Shown: one piece after another, positions 1 through 19,786 of the stretch
Layout: the number at the start of each line of letters is the position of its first letter
Position numbering within the stretch: position 1 is the stretch's first letter
From: Macrostomum lignano
Taxonomy: Eukaryota
Direction of reading: 5' to 3'
Assembly (NCBI GenBank): GCA_002269645.1
Contig: NIVC01003185.1
Location: 1-64,000 of the forward strand
Length of the DNA stretch: 64,000 bases
Notes under the pieces: generated by a model
What the model was told of the DNA's origin: nothing
The model's input: only the letters and a program-made list of their open reading frames with translations
Database searches by the model: none
Program-made: the position numbers and the translations under genes

Positions 1-2017
1 AGCGTTCGAGAGCCTAAAGCTGGAAATCGCTTCAGCGCCTGTGGTCCAGCCCTACAGCTTGACAAAGGAACTGACGCTGACCACTGATGCTTCAAAGGAG
101 CCCTCGCCGCCGTGGCAACACAAGATGGCCATCCCGTGATATACGTGTCACGTAGCCTGTCCTCCGCTGAATCCAATTATTCTAACATCGAGCGGGAGGC
201 CTTGGCTATTGTTTGGGCCATCGCACGCTTGAAGCACTACTTCCATGGCCGACCATTCACAATACGCACAGACCATCAACCGCTCATCCGACTTTTTGGC
301 TCCGGATCCGGCGTCCCAGTGGATGCCTCAGCCCGAATCGACGCTGGGCCTTGTACCTGATGCAGTTTGATTACCGAATTCAGTATGCACGTGGCAGTAG
401 CATTCCACACGTAGATGCCTTATCCAGACTCAGATTCGATGACAGCTCATCAGACGACAAGGCCACATTCGAGACGATTAATTCAATCGCATTTGAATCA
501 CCTGTGATCGACGCTAAACGAATCACAGCGGAGATGGAGTTAGACGCGCTCACCCAGAGAATTCTCAATCGCGTCCGCCAAGGCGATTGGCGAAACTGCA
601 GCCAGGCAGAAGCGCAGTTCAAAAAAGTCTCAAACAAACTAACGCTAGAAAATGGACTACTCTACATGCAAAGAAGAGTCTTCATTCCACCAAGACTGCG
701 CAAGGCCGCGTTCGATGCCATTCACGACACGCACACAGGCATGCATGCAGCGCACAGTCTAATGTCTACCAGCTGCTGGTGGCCCGGAATGCAACAGGAC
801 GTTGCCCAGTTTGTTCGACGCTGTCCAGACTGCTGCAGGCTTCGGCCTCAACTCGGCCACGACAGGGATCGCTGGCCTCCATCAACGTATCCGTTCCAGC
901 GCGTACACATGGACTGGGCATACGTAAAAGGCGCTGGAAACATCCTGGTCATCGTGGATTCCTTTTCCGGCTGGATAGAAGCATTTCCTTGCCGCGATCG
1001 CACAGCTGATTCAGTCATTCAGTGCCTGCGTACCGTATTCACACGGTTCGGCGTCCCCGAGCTGGTGGTTTCGGACAACGCCCAGAGTTCACCACTGAAG
1101 TGCTCACATCGTGGCTCCGCGCCAATGGTGCCAAGAAGCTCGAGTCACCCACCTATTACCCGCAGGCGAATGGAGCCGCAGAAAGGGCCGTTCAGATCGT
1201 CAAGTCCGCACTAAGGGCCTGGTCTGAAAAAATTACGCACATGGAGTTTAGCCGCTTCTTGCAAAAGGTCCTCCTGCACCACAGAAACTCAGCCTCTTCG
1301 CGGGGCTGCTGCCCAGCCGAAATTCTTTTTGGACGGCGACTCAGAGTCCCGGTGGTGACCAACTTCGAACAGGGTGACAGCGTGATCTATGCGCCAAGCA
1401 GCTCCTCAGTCGGCAACCCGGCAAAGTTCGTGATGACGGCAGGTCAAAACACGGCATGGATCCTCGCTGACGATGGGCTTCGCCTTGCAAGCACGAATCA
1501 ACTTGCCCCAATGGCCACCCAGCCATCGGAATTCGAGATGGAGGACGAAGATGAGACTAACAGCGTGCCAGAAACCGGAAACGAGCCAGTCGCAGGGATT
1601 CAGACACCCGTGCCTGAAGAAGCCGTTCAGCTGAGAAGGAGCCTCAGAAACCGATCCGCTCCTGAGCGCTTTGTGCCTTAAACTGGTATCCGAGGAGGGT
1701 TGAAAAAAAAACGCGAAACTAATGAAACGACATGAAACGACTTCACTGTTCCAATTGACATCTTCTGAATATAGGGAGGGGCATGTGGTATATCGCACAC
1801 TGAGATGCACTATAGTTTATATAAGTTCAAGTTCGTTATTCTATGCCGTTTGTTTGCACTAATCGCCTCTAAGCATTCTATCGCTACAGTTTCTTCTATG
1901 GTAATTAACCCAGCCCAAAGTTCCTAGAGCTCACCCTTCTGATCTCTTTCAAATAAGAAATATAAAGAATCTTAAGCTCATGAGTTAAATACTTCAGCCG
2001 GAGTTCAATTCACAACA
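1..2017 (+). mobile_element. 3' half of a Ty3/Gypsy LTR retrotransposon (RNase H, integrase, PPT, 3' LTR), running off the left edge
   Basis: RNase H motifs (TDAS, NYSNIEREALAIVWA, TDHQPL), integrase HHCC zinc region (H-TH-G...C-DC), core VHMD..VDSFS..SDN..NGAAERAV and a basic tail LRRSLRNR. The frame is broken at about 100, 340 and 1080 by single missing bases. Confidence 0.95.
1773..2017 (+). repeat. Polypurine tract (1773-1781) and putative 3' LTR (about 1784-2017)
   Basis: AGGGAGGGG, then CA, then TGTGGTAT at 1784. TATA-like TTTATATAAG lies near 1816 and the LTR ends in CACA/CAACA at 2014-2017. The right boundary is uncertain because the 5' LTR is outside the window. Confidence 0.65.
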
Positions 2018-3907
2018 GGCTTACCTAGGACTTGAAAGGACTTAAAAGCACCGGATTCTTATCAGTGCAAATTCTATCTAGCGCATTAGAATCCCAAAAC
2101 CATCGGAAACCGAAATTGTTGTGAAATCATCCCACGATTCAGTCCCTAGCAGTGAAAGTAATGTAATTTTATTCCATAACTCCCTATTTAGTGAAGGCCC
2201 ATTTATCTATTGTGAACCTAAACGGATATCAAAATTATCATAGTTTTGCATCACATGTTGCTATTCAGTCGCGTTGTGCATCAGTCGTGTTAGATACTTG
2301 TTGGCCCAACTGTTCGGGAACAAAGGAGAATTGGATAATAGTCCGTAAAGAACAGGTTAGAGTAAGAGAGCATGCAGATCGAAGCAGGTAAGTGGTTTCG
2401 AAGAATTAAAAGGTTCTAGTAGACGGTCAGAGCAGAGAATCTATATAATTATCTCTTTCTGACCACAAAAGCAGAGATAAATACACGAGCTGAAATGGAG
2501 TCGGATCTGCGGTTTGACAGTTAAAGCGGATAAAAATTTAAAACGCTTTGCATCCTCTAAGACAAAGTTGAAGTGTAATAACAAGCTTGCACTACGATTA
2601 GGTCTGCATGTGGAGGATTTTTAAAGCAAGCGACATGAATAGCAACTGACAAATGGATCATTAACTTTTTGCATCATCAAAGCGAAGGCAAAGCTTCGTA
2701 AACATGCGCAGTTTTATCTTTAACGTTTAATATTTTTTATCAAAAGTTCACAAACGTTTTTGTTGTATTCGTACTAAATTGTATGGTTTTTCAAAATCTT
2801 GAACAATAGCTTGGAAATATTGCAGTCACCATATTGCAGTGCATAAATGAAACGTGTTAGTAAAAGAATTATATTGTGCGCTCTCGTACGCCTATATAGA
2901 TACGTGTACTTATTGTAATCACGCCTTGGCATAGAAAATATTGATAACCATTTTAATTGTAATATTTATTAACTACTTATTCAGTAGGCTCATATCAGCA
3001 TACAAACAAAGGTTCATATACAAGTACTGTACTATAATAATAGTTTTTCATGAGCTGCAGATACGACATGACTTGTAGCTCGTATAGCTTTGTGTCAAGG
3101 GACATTAATCGTATTCTAAGTGCATATTTCGTACGTATTTCCTGAAGTACTTTTTACTGTTGCTTTTCTTTTGCTATAGAGCTGAAAATTGCTAAGTTCC
3201 TATGCCAACCGACAAAGTAGGTTTCGATTAAAAACAGCTTGCGGAGAGGGTTGAGGGAGCGGGACTAACGTATGGGGACACGGGTTAAACAGAAAAATCG
3301 ATATTAAACCAGAGGGTGACTTAAAAGAAAGTTGGATCATAAAATCTATTAAAACAGTCACAGCCAGAACAGCAATGTCAAACGGACGGGCGAATGTCTC
3401 TTTAAGGCTTTGTGTCATGATAGAGTCAAGATAATTTACGGCTAAACAACTACCTGCACGTGGCTTGTCTAAAAAGAGATAGAGCAGTGCTAGTAATTTT
3501 ACGCGATACGCTCGTGTGCTTTGATTCTAAATTTACCCTTCAAGAAAGAAGTTTCTATAGCTAGTAGCTTTTCGTCCGTTGCTTTTAAGCCAAGGGGCAA
3601 AAACTGGGTCATCAATCAAGGATGGATGAAAGCGGAGTAGCAATTTTTGTTCTTTGCAAGAGCAGCTACAGCTACTAATAATTAACAACTGTGTAGACCT
3701 CTAGATGTTCCATGAAAACACCGTATTTCAATCGTAAATAACTCCTAAGTCGTAATGCTAAATGCTTTCATAAAGTAACAATTGTGCACACATTTTGCAT
3801 GCCGTGCTATTGCCAATTGTCAAGTTGATGTCGAATGACAAATACTTTTTAAAGTAAATAAAACTAGAATTCTGTCTACGTCTAGAGTAAAAAAAGTTAA
3901 TAACACC

Positions 3908-6900
3908 TTGACTTACTTGACTTAGCTGCAGGGCTGTCCCGGAGGGGACACAGCGGGAAGGCGCGGGCGCCCATTCCGCTAGTCCCTGAACGGCCGACGC
4001 GTCGCTATGGACGGAGGGTTGGCGCCGCCCAGGGAGGTCCCCCAGTGTCGCCAGCAGCTATGGTGCTCTCTGGAAAGGAGAGTTCAGCCCTGCGGGTGGC
4101 CCGAAGGTAGCGCATGAGCTGATTAAAGTTTTCGGGTTTGCACGCATCAGTAATAGATGTGTGTGGCCCGAGGTAAGTGAGTCTGGCCCGCGTGAAGGCG
4201 GGACAGATGCTGACGAAATGCTCAGCGGTTTCGTCACCTGAGTTGCAGAAACTACAGGTGGCGTTGGTGGCGTTGCCCTGCAGGTACTGGTGCCTGGAGA
4301 AGCAGCCGTGACCAGAGAGGGTCATGGTGGCAGCCCGGATGTCTCTGCGCGAGAGGCGCAAGAGGAGCTTCCGGAGCTGGTGAGAGGGCTGAGGGACAGC
4401 GCCTCTGGATTGCCTGCAGTTCGTGCGGTTCGCCCAAGTCGAGCGGTGCTGAGTCCTGATCCACGCTTTGATGCGCGAGTCGATGACACAGCCAGGAATC
4501 GGGACAAGAGGTTCAGGGCCGAGAGAGGAGCCGGAGGCACCAACTTTTGCAAGGGTGTCAGCCAACTCATTTCCTCGGATCCCCACATGCCCCGGAACCC
4601 ACTTAAGGGTAATTTTGTTGGCGGAACCCAACACATTGAGGAGTTTGATACAGTCAAGGACTGTAGCAGAGTTGGTGCTGCAGCCACTGATGGCGTGCAA
4701 GGCAGCTTGGCTGTCCGAATGGAAAATGATGTTCTTACCAGTAACGCCAGTGGCGAGAAGCTCTGCAGTGCAGGAGCTGATGGCCAGAACTTCATTTTGG
4801 AAAACACTGGAGTTGACCCCAGTGTATTGAGCGTGGGTAGCGATGACCCTCCCGTTCAGAAAGATTCCAACACCAAAGCCGGTGTTGGCTGACTGCTTAG
4901 AACCGTCGGTGTAGCAATGAAGCTCACCAGGGTTCCAATGGTCATTGATGTTATCGCGCGAGTCGATAGCTACGGAGTAGCGCTGTCTCAGGTTGAGCGT
5001 TGAGGCAATGCCATCGGTGAAGACGCGATTGGCCTGACACTCGTTGAGAAAGTTGAGGCACAGATCGCTATGCGGGACAAGGTTCCGCTTAGCAGGTGCT
5101 CTCATGTAAATGAATTTGACGCCGGCATCAATTAGACGCCGCGTCGTTCTAGCCGCCTCACCCCTGATGAAGAGGTCAAGAGGCGGAAGATTAAGGAAGG
5201 CACCCATGCCAGCAAAGGGCGTGGACCTGGTGGCGTTGCAGATGAGCCTACACGCTCTGCCTTGGATCGTGTTGAGCAGGTCTGCATGGCTTTTGACCTG
5301 GGTAGCGCTAACCCAGACAACAGAGGCGTACGTAATGGCAGGTCTAACTACGGAAGTATAGATCCACCAAAGCCGCTTTGGGGATAGACCCCAAGAAGTG
5401 CCAAGTGCTCGTCGGAGCTGGGCCAGGATGGCTGAGGCACGCTTGGCTTTTGCTTTCACGTGGGAGGACCAGTTGAGCCGGTGGTCAAGTATGACCCCGA
5501 GACATCTGGTCTGGTGCGCGAAGGCAATATCTCTGCCGTAGAGCTGCAGAGGACGTATGTTCCAGCGTAGTCTGCTGGTAAACATAATGGCAACGGTTTT
5601 GGGCTCAGAGAGTTCCAGACCATTGTCATTGGCCCAGGATTCTGCTTTGCGGATAAAGCTCTGCATCAGATCCCTGAGCGTGCTGGGAGACGGTCCTGCC
5701 ACAATGGCCGTGACGTCATCAGCATACCCGACTTTGAAGACGGGGTCGGGTCGGGAGTCACTCAAAAGAGCGTCCATGACCAGGTTCCAGAGCGTCGGGG
5801 TGAGGACTCCGCCTTGGGGTCCACCCTTACAGACTCTGGTGGAGGCAGTTTGCCCAAGAAGTTGGGCAGTGACCGTACGGTTGGAGATCATGTACATGAT
5901 CCACCGTATGAGGGTAGCATGAGCTTTGCGATTTTGAAGGGCCCTCTGAAACGCTTCAAAGATAACGTTGTCGAAGGCGCCAACAATGTCAAGAAAGAGA
6001 GCCAGAGCGTAACCGTCACCCAGTACCGCCCTTTCAATCATCTCGACAATCGCATGCAGGGCGCTGTCAGTCGACCTCCCGGTACGGAAGGCGTGCTGAT
6101 TATTGCTGAGGGGCATCGCTGTCAGCTCGCAGGACAGCAGCCGCCAGAGAATAAGCCTCTCAGTGAGCTTAAGCATTGCTGACGTTAAGCTAATAGGCCG
6201 GAAGGCCTTGACGCTTTGGTAGTCACCCTTCCCAGGTTTGGGAATAAAGACTACCCGAGCTTCAGTCCAGCATTTGGGAACGTATCCCAGCTGGATAGAG
6301 GCCCGCATAAGATTGCGGGTGAGTCTCAGGAACGAGGGTATCTTGGCTGCTTCACGAAGGAGAACAGGGTAGATACCATCAGGTCCAGGAGATTTGAAGG
6401 GTTTGAAGGTTCTGACCGCACGAGCGATTAAGTCTTCAGTGACAATGCCCGCCGCTAGGGTGGCTCCATCCATCGAATGGTTGGGCTCCGGTCTAGCAGT
6501 AGGTACCCTCGGGAAGAATGTGCTAAGCATATGCTGAAGCACTTCTTCAGGGTCTTTAGTAAGAGAGCCATCATCTTTTTTGATCATGGCTAATTTGGAC
6601 ATTTTGTCCATTGTAAGGGCCTTGACAAGCCTAGAAGTAGGTCTGTCTTGATCCAATTCATTGCAGAATTGGCGCCACTTACATTCCTTGGCCTTCGCAC
6701 TTCAGATTTGAAATTGCGGGAGGCTTGCCGGAAAAGCTCCATGTCCTCCGGGTTTCCGGTCTTCATGGCACGGCGATGAAGGCTTTTGGCCTTCCGCCTG
6801 AGTTTCCCCAGCTCCGGGTTCCACCACGGCGCCGAGGTCTTGCCTTTGTAGGCGCGAGCAGGACAAGCCGCTTCGTAGGCTTCAATAATGCAACCTGTCA

Positions 6901-8202
6901 GCGTCTCAGCCATTTGATCCACATCCTCGCAGGTCTCAATCGGGCGTAAGTCCGTGAGTTCCTGCAGGTGCAGATCAAGGGCAGCCTTGTAGGCCGCCCA
7001 ATCAGTGTTGCGGATATTGCGTCTCCAAGTGATCGGAGACTGGGTTTTAGTGTCCGCGATGTTAAAGGCGATAAAGCAGTGGTCAGACAGGGAGGGCTCC
7101 TCAGACCAGACTCTCCACTCCTCAACTCTGTCAAAGAGTCTTGGGGTAACGAGTGTGGCGTCGAGGACCTCGGTCCATCTGCCATTATTAAAGGTAGGAG
7201 TGCTGCCGCGGTTGCAGAGCATGAGGTTTGTGTTAGAGATGAGGGCCAGAAGCTCCTCTCCTCTAGTGTTGGTATCTTTGCTGCCCCAGTGCTTGTGGTG
7301 CGCGTTGAGGTCGCCCCCTAAGCACAGCTCAGCGTTCTGGGACTCGCAGTACTGCGCGAGGCGCAGTAAACTCTCAGGAGCAGGGTCTCTGTCGCCTGGG
7401 ATATAAACCGAGGCAACAAGATGCGTACGCGGAGAGAAATGATTAGATTGGATGACGCAAAGGTCTCCATCAGAGAGATCAGTCCTCAGCCAAGCCTGGA
7501 GATGGCTAGCAGCGAGGATAGCCGCTCTAGGGTGGCTGTTCCCCGGGCCACACACATAAAAATCAGAGTAGCCAGAGGGAATGTTGGGCAACTTACCGTT
7601 GCGCATCCAGGGTTCCTGGATCAGGATGAGGCCTGGCCTGTACAGCTCAGCAATCTTCATCAGATTTACTGACGCAGATACGCAATGCTGTAAATTAATT
7701 TGCAGACAGAATGTCGCTCCTTTGGCAGCGTGGAGCTTAGTCATACTGTATTAAATGCAATTTCTGGCTAGAGCCCAGGGCCATCAAGGAGACTTGGACA
7801 ACAGATCGTCCTCGTCCCAGGCCGCTGGGGCTTGACTGGGAGATGGGAGTTGGTCGACGTCCATGGCCTCCTCACCCCCACCGGCCCCCCAGCAGAGTCC
7901 TCAGGCTCCGATGACAGGATGGAGGAAGCTTCCTCACCTGCATCTTTACCTTCAGACCCCACCAGGGTGGCCGAGGAGAGCTCGGATTCCGAAGACCCGG
8001 CCTCGTCCTCAACTCCTTCTCCGACTGGCAGGTTTGGTTCCCGGGGCTTGGCCGGAGCCGTTACCGCGGTCGCCGAACTGCTGCTAGCAGAGGGGCGAGA
8101 TGCAGCTTTGGCTTTGGGATCGGCTTGCGCCTTTCCTTGGGCCTTAGACTGCGCCCCGCTCTTGCCGGAGATGCCGGGGTTGGCAGTAGCCTTCCCTTTG
8201 GC
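3908..8202 (-). mobile_element. 5'-truncated non-LTR retrotransposon, I group (LOA/Lian-like): ORF1 C-terminus plus full ORF2
   Basis: Direct repeat ATAACACC at 3900-3907 and 8203-8210 (TSD). 3' tail (TAAGTCAAG)2 at about 3907-3924. The ORF1 remnant ends at 7768 and ORF2 starts at 7744. Confidence 0.93.
4005..7744 (-). CDS. LINE ORF2: AP endonuclease, reverse transcriptase, RNase H, CCHC knuckle (about 1245 aa once one frameshift near 6690 is repaired)
   Basis: APE motifs QINL, LIQEPW, GGDLNAHH, LDATL, SDH. RT motifs KSPGPDG, FRPISL, LDIVGAFD, PQGGVLTP, GYADD. RNase H motifs YTDGS, NEVLAI, SDSQAAL, WVPGH..GNELAD. Knuckle CSFC-x8-H-x4-C. Adding one G at AGG(G)CC joins ORFs 6590..7744 and 4005..6656. 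Confidence 0.92.
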
Positions 8203-8529
8203 ATAACACCATTCATAATTACAATTGAAAGCGACACCCCTATTTCTAATTACTAACGACTTCTTTTGGATTATATATGATATTTTGCCTACTGCAGTAT
8301 GGTTCTTTGTTCTTCATTGACTTTTTGGTAGGCGAGGTGACGATGCCGAATCAAGAGTGCTTTACTGATTATGAAGAGAACAACCCTTTAAGAATCATTT
8401 AAAACATCGGCCGTCGTGTAAGCTGATGACTGTTTTTCCAAGTACGATGAAAAAGAAAATTAAGTAGTTATGAGGATATTTCCGAATACATACTTGTTGA
8501 TAAAGTCAATGTAAAATAATAAACAAATG

Positions 8530-9090
8530 TTTCTCATAAAGTACTCTCAAGATGCATCAATGTACTTCCTCATCATTTCAAATCAACATACCTGCTACCC
8601 AACTCCGACTGATGGATGTCAAACAGGATGCTGAAGAATGCCTCAACAGCCAGTTCTGGTGACTCAAATCGAACTCCCTTGAGCATACACAAGGCAAGAC
8701 AAAGTCGCAAAGGGCTAGGTCAGGGATGTGAAGGTGGATGCTGAAGCAGCTGGACGCGGTTCTGCTCCATGAACTCAATATTTTGTCGGGCTGTGTGTGC
8801 CCTGATGTTGCGTCTTTAGGCGCCTCTCACTAATAACAGGTTGCCGCACTTGAGGCATGCTCACAGTCCAATGCTAGTTGACAACCTCTGTGCGCTGTGT
8901 TACCAACGGAATAACTGCCAGTGGACCGCTACGAGCCACGAAAACAGCCACCGTCTGCTTGGCCACGCTTCGTGACTGGACCAATTTTGAAGGTGGGCTG
9001 CCTACTTTTGGGGTCGAAGCTGTACACCAAAGCCTCGGCTCCGCCGACGACCAGATGTCACACGTCACAACAAAGAGTCAGTGATGTTTC
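8530..9090 (-). pseudogene. Degraded mariner (Tc1/mariner) transposase remnant
   Basis: Fragments across frameshifts: VYSFDP; KLVQSRSVAKQTVAVF...IPL; AHTARQNIEFMEQNRVQLLQHPP followed by PDLALCDF (the HPPYSPDLAPCDF motif); LKGVRFES; KYIDAS*EYF. Confidence 0.8.
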
Positions 9091-9667
9091 CAGCCTAACT
9101 CAGGACTGTAATAGGAAATTAAAATCCGCTTTTTTCCAGCTGCAGGACCTTGTAGGAAACAATGACGTTATAATAACAAACCCTAGAGTAAAAACGGATT
9201 AATTAAAACGCAGGTGAAGCGGAAATATGAAAGGATAAAGAGACGAATCAATTATTGGAATCTGCACAGCTAGAACCCTAATGCTGTGCAGTCCGACTGC
9301 GTTTTTATAGACAGCGAATTTGCATGCACGAATACAATTAAAAGTGGAAATATTACTTTTCTAAGTGTATTCCTTCCAAAGCGCTTCGTTCTTTATGCTA
9401 TTGATAAGTACAACAGGCTGTACATGTGTTGAATAAAAGCTGCACTACAATAAAGACTGACTGTACATGTGTTTACTAGAAACTGTACCATGACTGCGTA
9501 TGTAAAACATCCTGGGGAGAACTACTGAAGTCTCAAGGCTCACGGGGGGAATTGCTGAGATGTCAAGGTCAAGGCCAGAAGCTACATGTAGTTTATAAAA
9601 AATTTTTTATATTTTTCTTGGCTCCCTCACGGGGGCACTGATTGCTAGTGTGTTTACTAGAAATTTA

Positions 9668-10293
9668 GAAACTGCACTACAATATAGACTGACTGTACGT
9701 GTGTTTAATAGAAACTGCACTACAATATAGACTGACTGTAAATGTGTTTAATTGAAACTGCACTACAAAATAGACTGACTGTACATGTGTTTAATTGAAA
9801 CTGCACTACAATATAGACTGACTGTAAATGTGTTTAATTGAAACTGCACTACAAAATAGACTGACTGTACATGTGTTTAATTGAAACTGCACTACAATAT
9901 AGACTGACTTTAAATGTGTTTAATAGAAACTGCACTACAATATAGACTGAATGTAAATGTGTTTAATAGAAACTGCACTACAAAATAGACTGACTGTACA
10001 TGTGTTTAATAGAAACTGCACTACAAAATAGACTGACTGTACATGTGTTTAATTGAAACTGCACTACAATATAGACTGACTTTAAATGTGTTTAATAGAA
10101 ACTGCACTACAATATAGACTGACTGTAAATGTGTTTAATAGAAACTGCACTACAAAATAGACTGACTGTACATGTGTTTAATAGAAACTGCACTACAATA
10201 TAGACTGACTGTACATGTGTTTAATAGAAACTGCACTACAGTATAGACTGACTGTACGTGTTTAATAGAAACTGGACTACAATATACACTGAC
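9668..10293. repeat. 43-bp minisatellite (GAAACTGCACTACAATATAGACTGACTGTACATGTGTTTAATA), about 14 copies; partial copy near 9437-9490
   Basis: Unit starts at 9711 and 9754 give the period directly. Confidence 0.95.
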
Positions 10294-11341
10294 TTACTTT
10301 AACCAGGCGCCGACAAACGGATTACATGCAGACGTACTGTCGATCCTAAAAAATGTTTACAAAAAATATTATCAGTGCTGTAATGTCAATTTTACAATAA
10401 AAAGTACTGCAAGTACTATGTACGGTTTAAAAAATCAGATTTGTCTATTGAATCAATATCTTCAAGTCTGTAAAATCAGACAGTACGAATACAATCAGAC
10501 ATCATGTCAAGCAGCTTTTAAAATATCATGTAATAACTTTATCTTAGTCTTAAGAAAGAGACATGACAAATTATTGATACTCACAGGCATTTTGAATTGA
10601 TTGTTCACCGCTTTTAATGTTGAACTAAAATAGTGATAATGAAAGGGGTGGAAAATGGTAAAGTTAACCGCTTGACAACCAGCTGCTTTTTTAATCGTCT
10701 ATGTAAATATTCTTTCTTACACAATAGTCAGTAGCATATTAGCTTTGTACTCAGCACGAAAAACTCAGACAGTACGAATACCAGACATCATTTAAAAAAG
10801 CTAATTTAATTAGGACAAAAAATTTCGTTGAACTCACCATTTCAAGATTTAGACAAGTCCGGCCGGTAGCTCGAAATTCTACAAAAATAGACTTTCTTAA
10901 CAACCTACTTATAGTACGAGCGTAAAAAGCAGAAAATAATAATAATAGAAGACAACGATGCGTTAATAAAATTAAGCTATAAAGAAGTGACTTTTTAATT
11001 CAGCGAAGTAAGTTAACAACGCTAATGTATTTTAATTTACACGCTCGGTTTTTTATTTAATCTATATCTATTTCACTGCACAAATGATGTTACTTTACTG
11101 CAGTAATCCAACACATTTTTCTAACAAGGGAGAAGGCTCAATTAGTAGACGTATAGAAACTAAAACAGGATTTGTAAATACACATTAATATGAAACGTAT
11201 GCAAGCTTATTAATTACTGATTTAAATAATAGATCAGTCAACTTGTTTTTCTAACAGGCGTGCTAAATACCTCTCAGATGTCTTTCAGTTAATTGTCACT
11301 AAATTCAACGGGAAATATGAATTTTAATGTAGCTAGAAATG

Positions 11342-18623
<7,282 letters not shown>

Positions 18624-19786
18624 TTTTTATGTGAGTATGCACGTGTGTCAGTTTGATAGAGGACCACCACAGTTTAAACGAGACTTACGAGTTTTGAGAG
18701 CTGGCTGGCTGAGCTCACTGTTTTAAATAAATGAACGCTTTTCAAAATTATATAAGCAGTTAAACAAAGATTTTCTGTTTTTACATAGTATGGGTGTAAA
18801 TAACTATTTATTAATAATTTTGTTAAACAAAAACAAAAACTTTTACACTGTGCTAAGTTAATTTTTGATAAATGTTTAAGACTTGAAGCATTGTCTTTGC
18901 TTTTTAACATTAAAATTCCTTTCCATTTTACATCTCAGACATTCACTACCTATTAACTTGAATGATTCCCTATAACTGCACTTCAGTGACAGTGTGTACT
19001 TACTAGTTACGCAAATAGCATTGATTAACTTAGGGATGGGCTTACAAGTACATTATTATTCATTTATATAGTCAAGGTTCTAGGTACAGATATAGATAGA
19101 GTAGAAGTAATTGATTGATAATAATAAACAAATAAAAATTATATATTTATCTTTTCTTAGTAGTACAAAACTATCTGTCTATCTGTCTTAGGTTAAAATT
19201 TAGTTGCATGAATTAGACTCTTTACTCAAAGCAACAAATTAGTCACATGGTCATGAATATAGCTAAATATATGTATTAGCGTATCTGTATAATATGTAAG
19301 CGATGCGCTTTTGCTGATATTTACAGATAGGAAGAGGACAAAATAACTGATTACTGTAAAGTTATGGAATCATTAACATTAAATCAGGCTTGATATTTTT
19401 TCATCCAGAAATAGCTCTAAACAATGATCCGTATATCAGAAAAAACAAAAATTTCCTATTTGCGATACTTTAGCTACTTTAATCGTTGTTTATTAAAAGT
19501 AATAAGTATGTGATTTTTTTATGGTTTCCAAAAAGGACACATTGGCTACTTCAGAGTTGGTCTCAGAATAAAATCGCTTTAGTAATGTCAATTATTATTA
19601 ATTAAACACGGGATAAACAGCAAGTAAGTTCCGTCTGTCTGAGGCTGTCGTCAAATCCTTTTTAGCAGACAAATGCAAGATAAGTGCTTACACAGACTCA
19701 AGAAAAAATACTCAATAGCAGCATCTGAACGATATAAAATAAACTTCGTCACTTCAGCTCGACAGTGTAGTTGACAAAAATCAAGA
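18624..19786. promoter_or_regulatory. Shared divergent upstream region of NDUFAB1 and IFT172 (candidate bidirectional promoter)
   Basis: Head-to-head start codons 1163 bp apart with AT-rich, repeat-free sequence between. Positional inference only. Confidence 0.5.

Noticed and set aside
2026-2145. Minus-strand exon-like segment bounded by CTAG| and |GTAAG next to the LTR
   Set aside because: Stops occur in all three frames and I recognise no homology.
6590-6700. Programmed ribosomal frameshift between the APE and RT parts of the LINE
   Set aside because: No slippery heptamer; LINE ORF2 is normally continuous; the same one-base homopolymer loss occurs three times in the Gypsy element.
4290-8206. 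Plus-strand ORFs 4290..4892 and 7832..8206
   Set aside because: Antisense shadows of the GC-rich LINE ORFs; no recognisable motifs.
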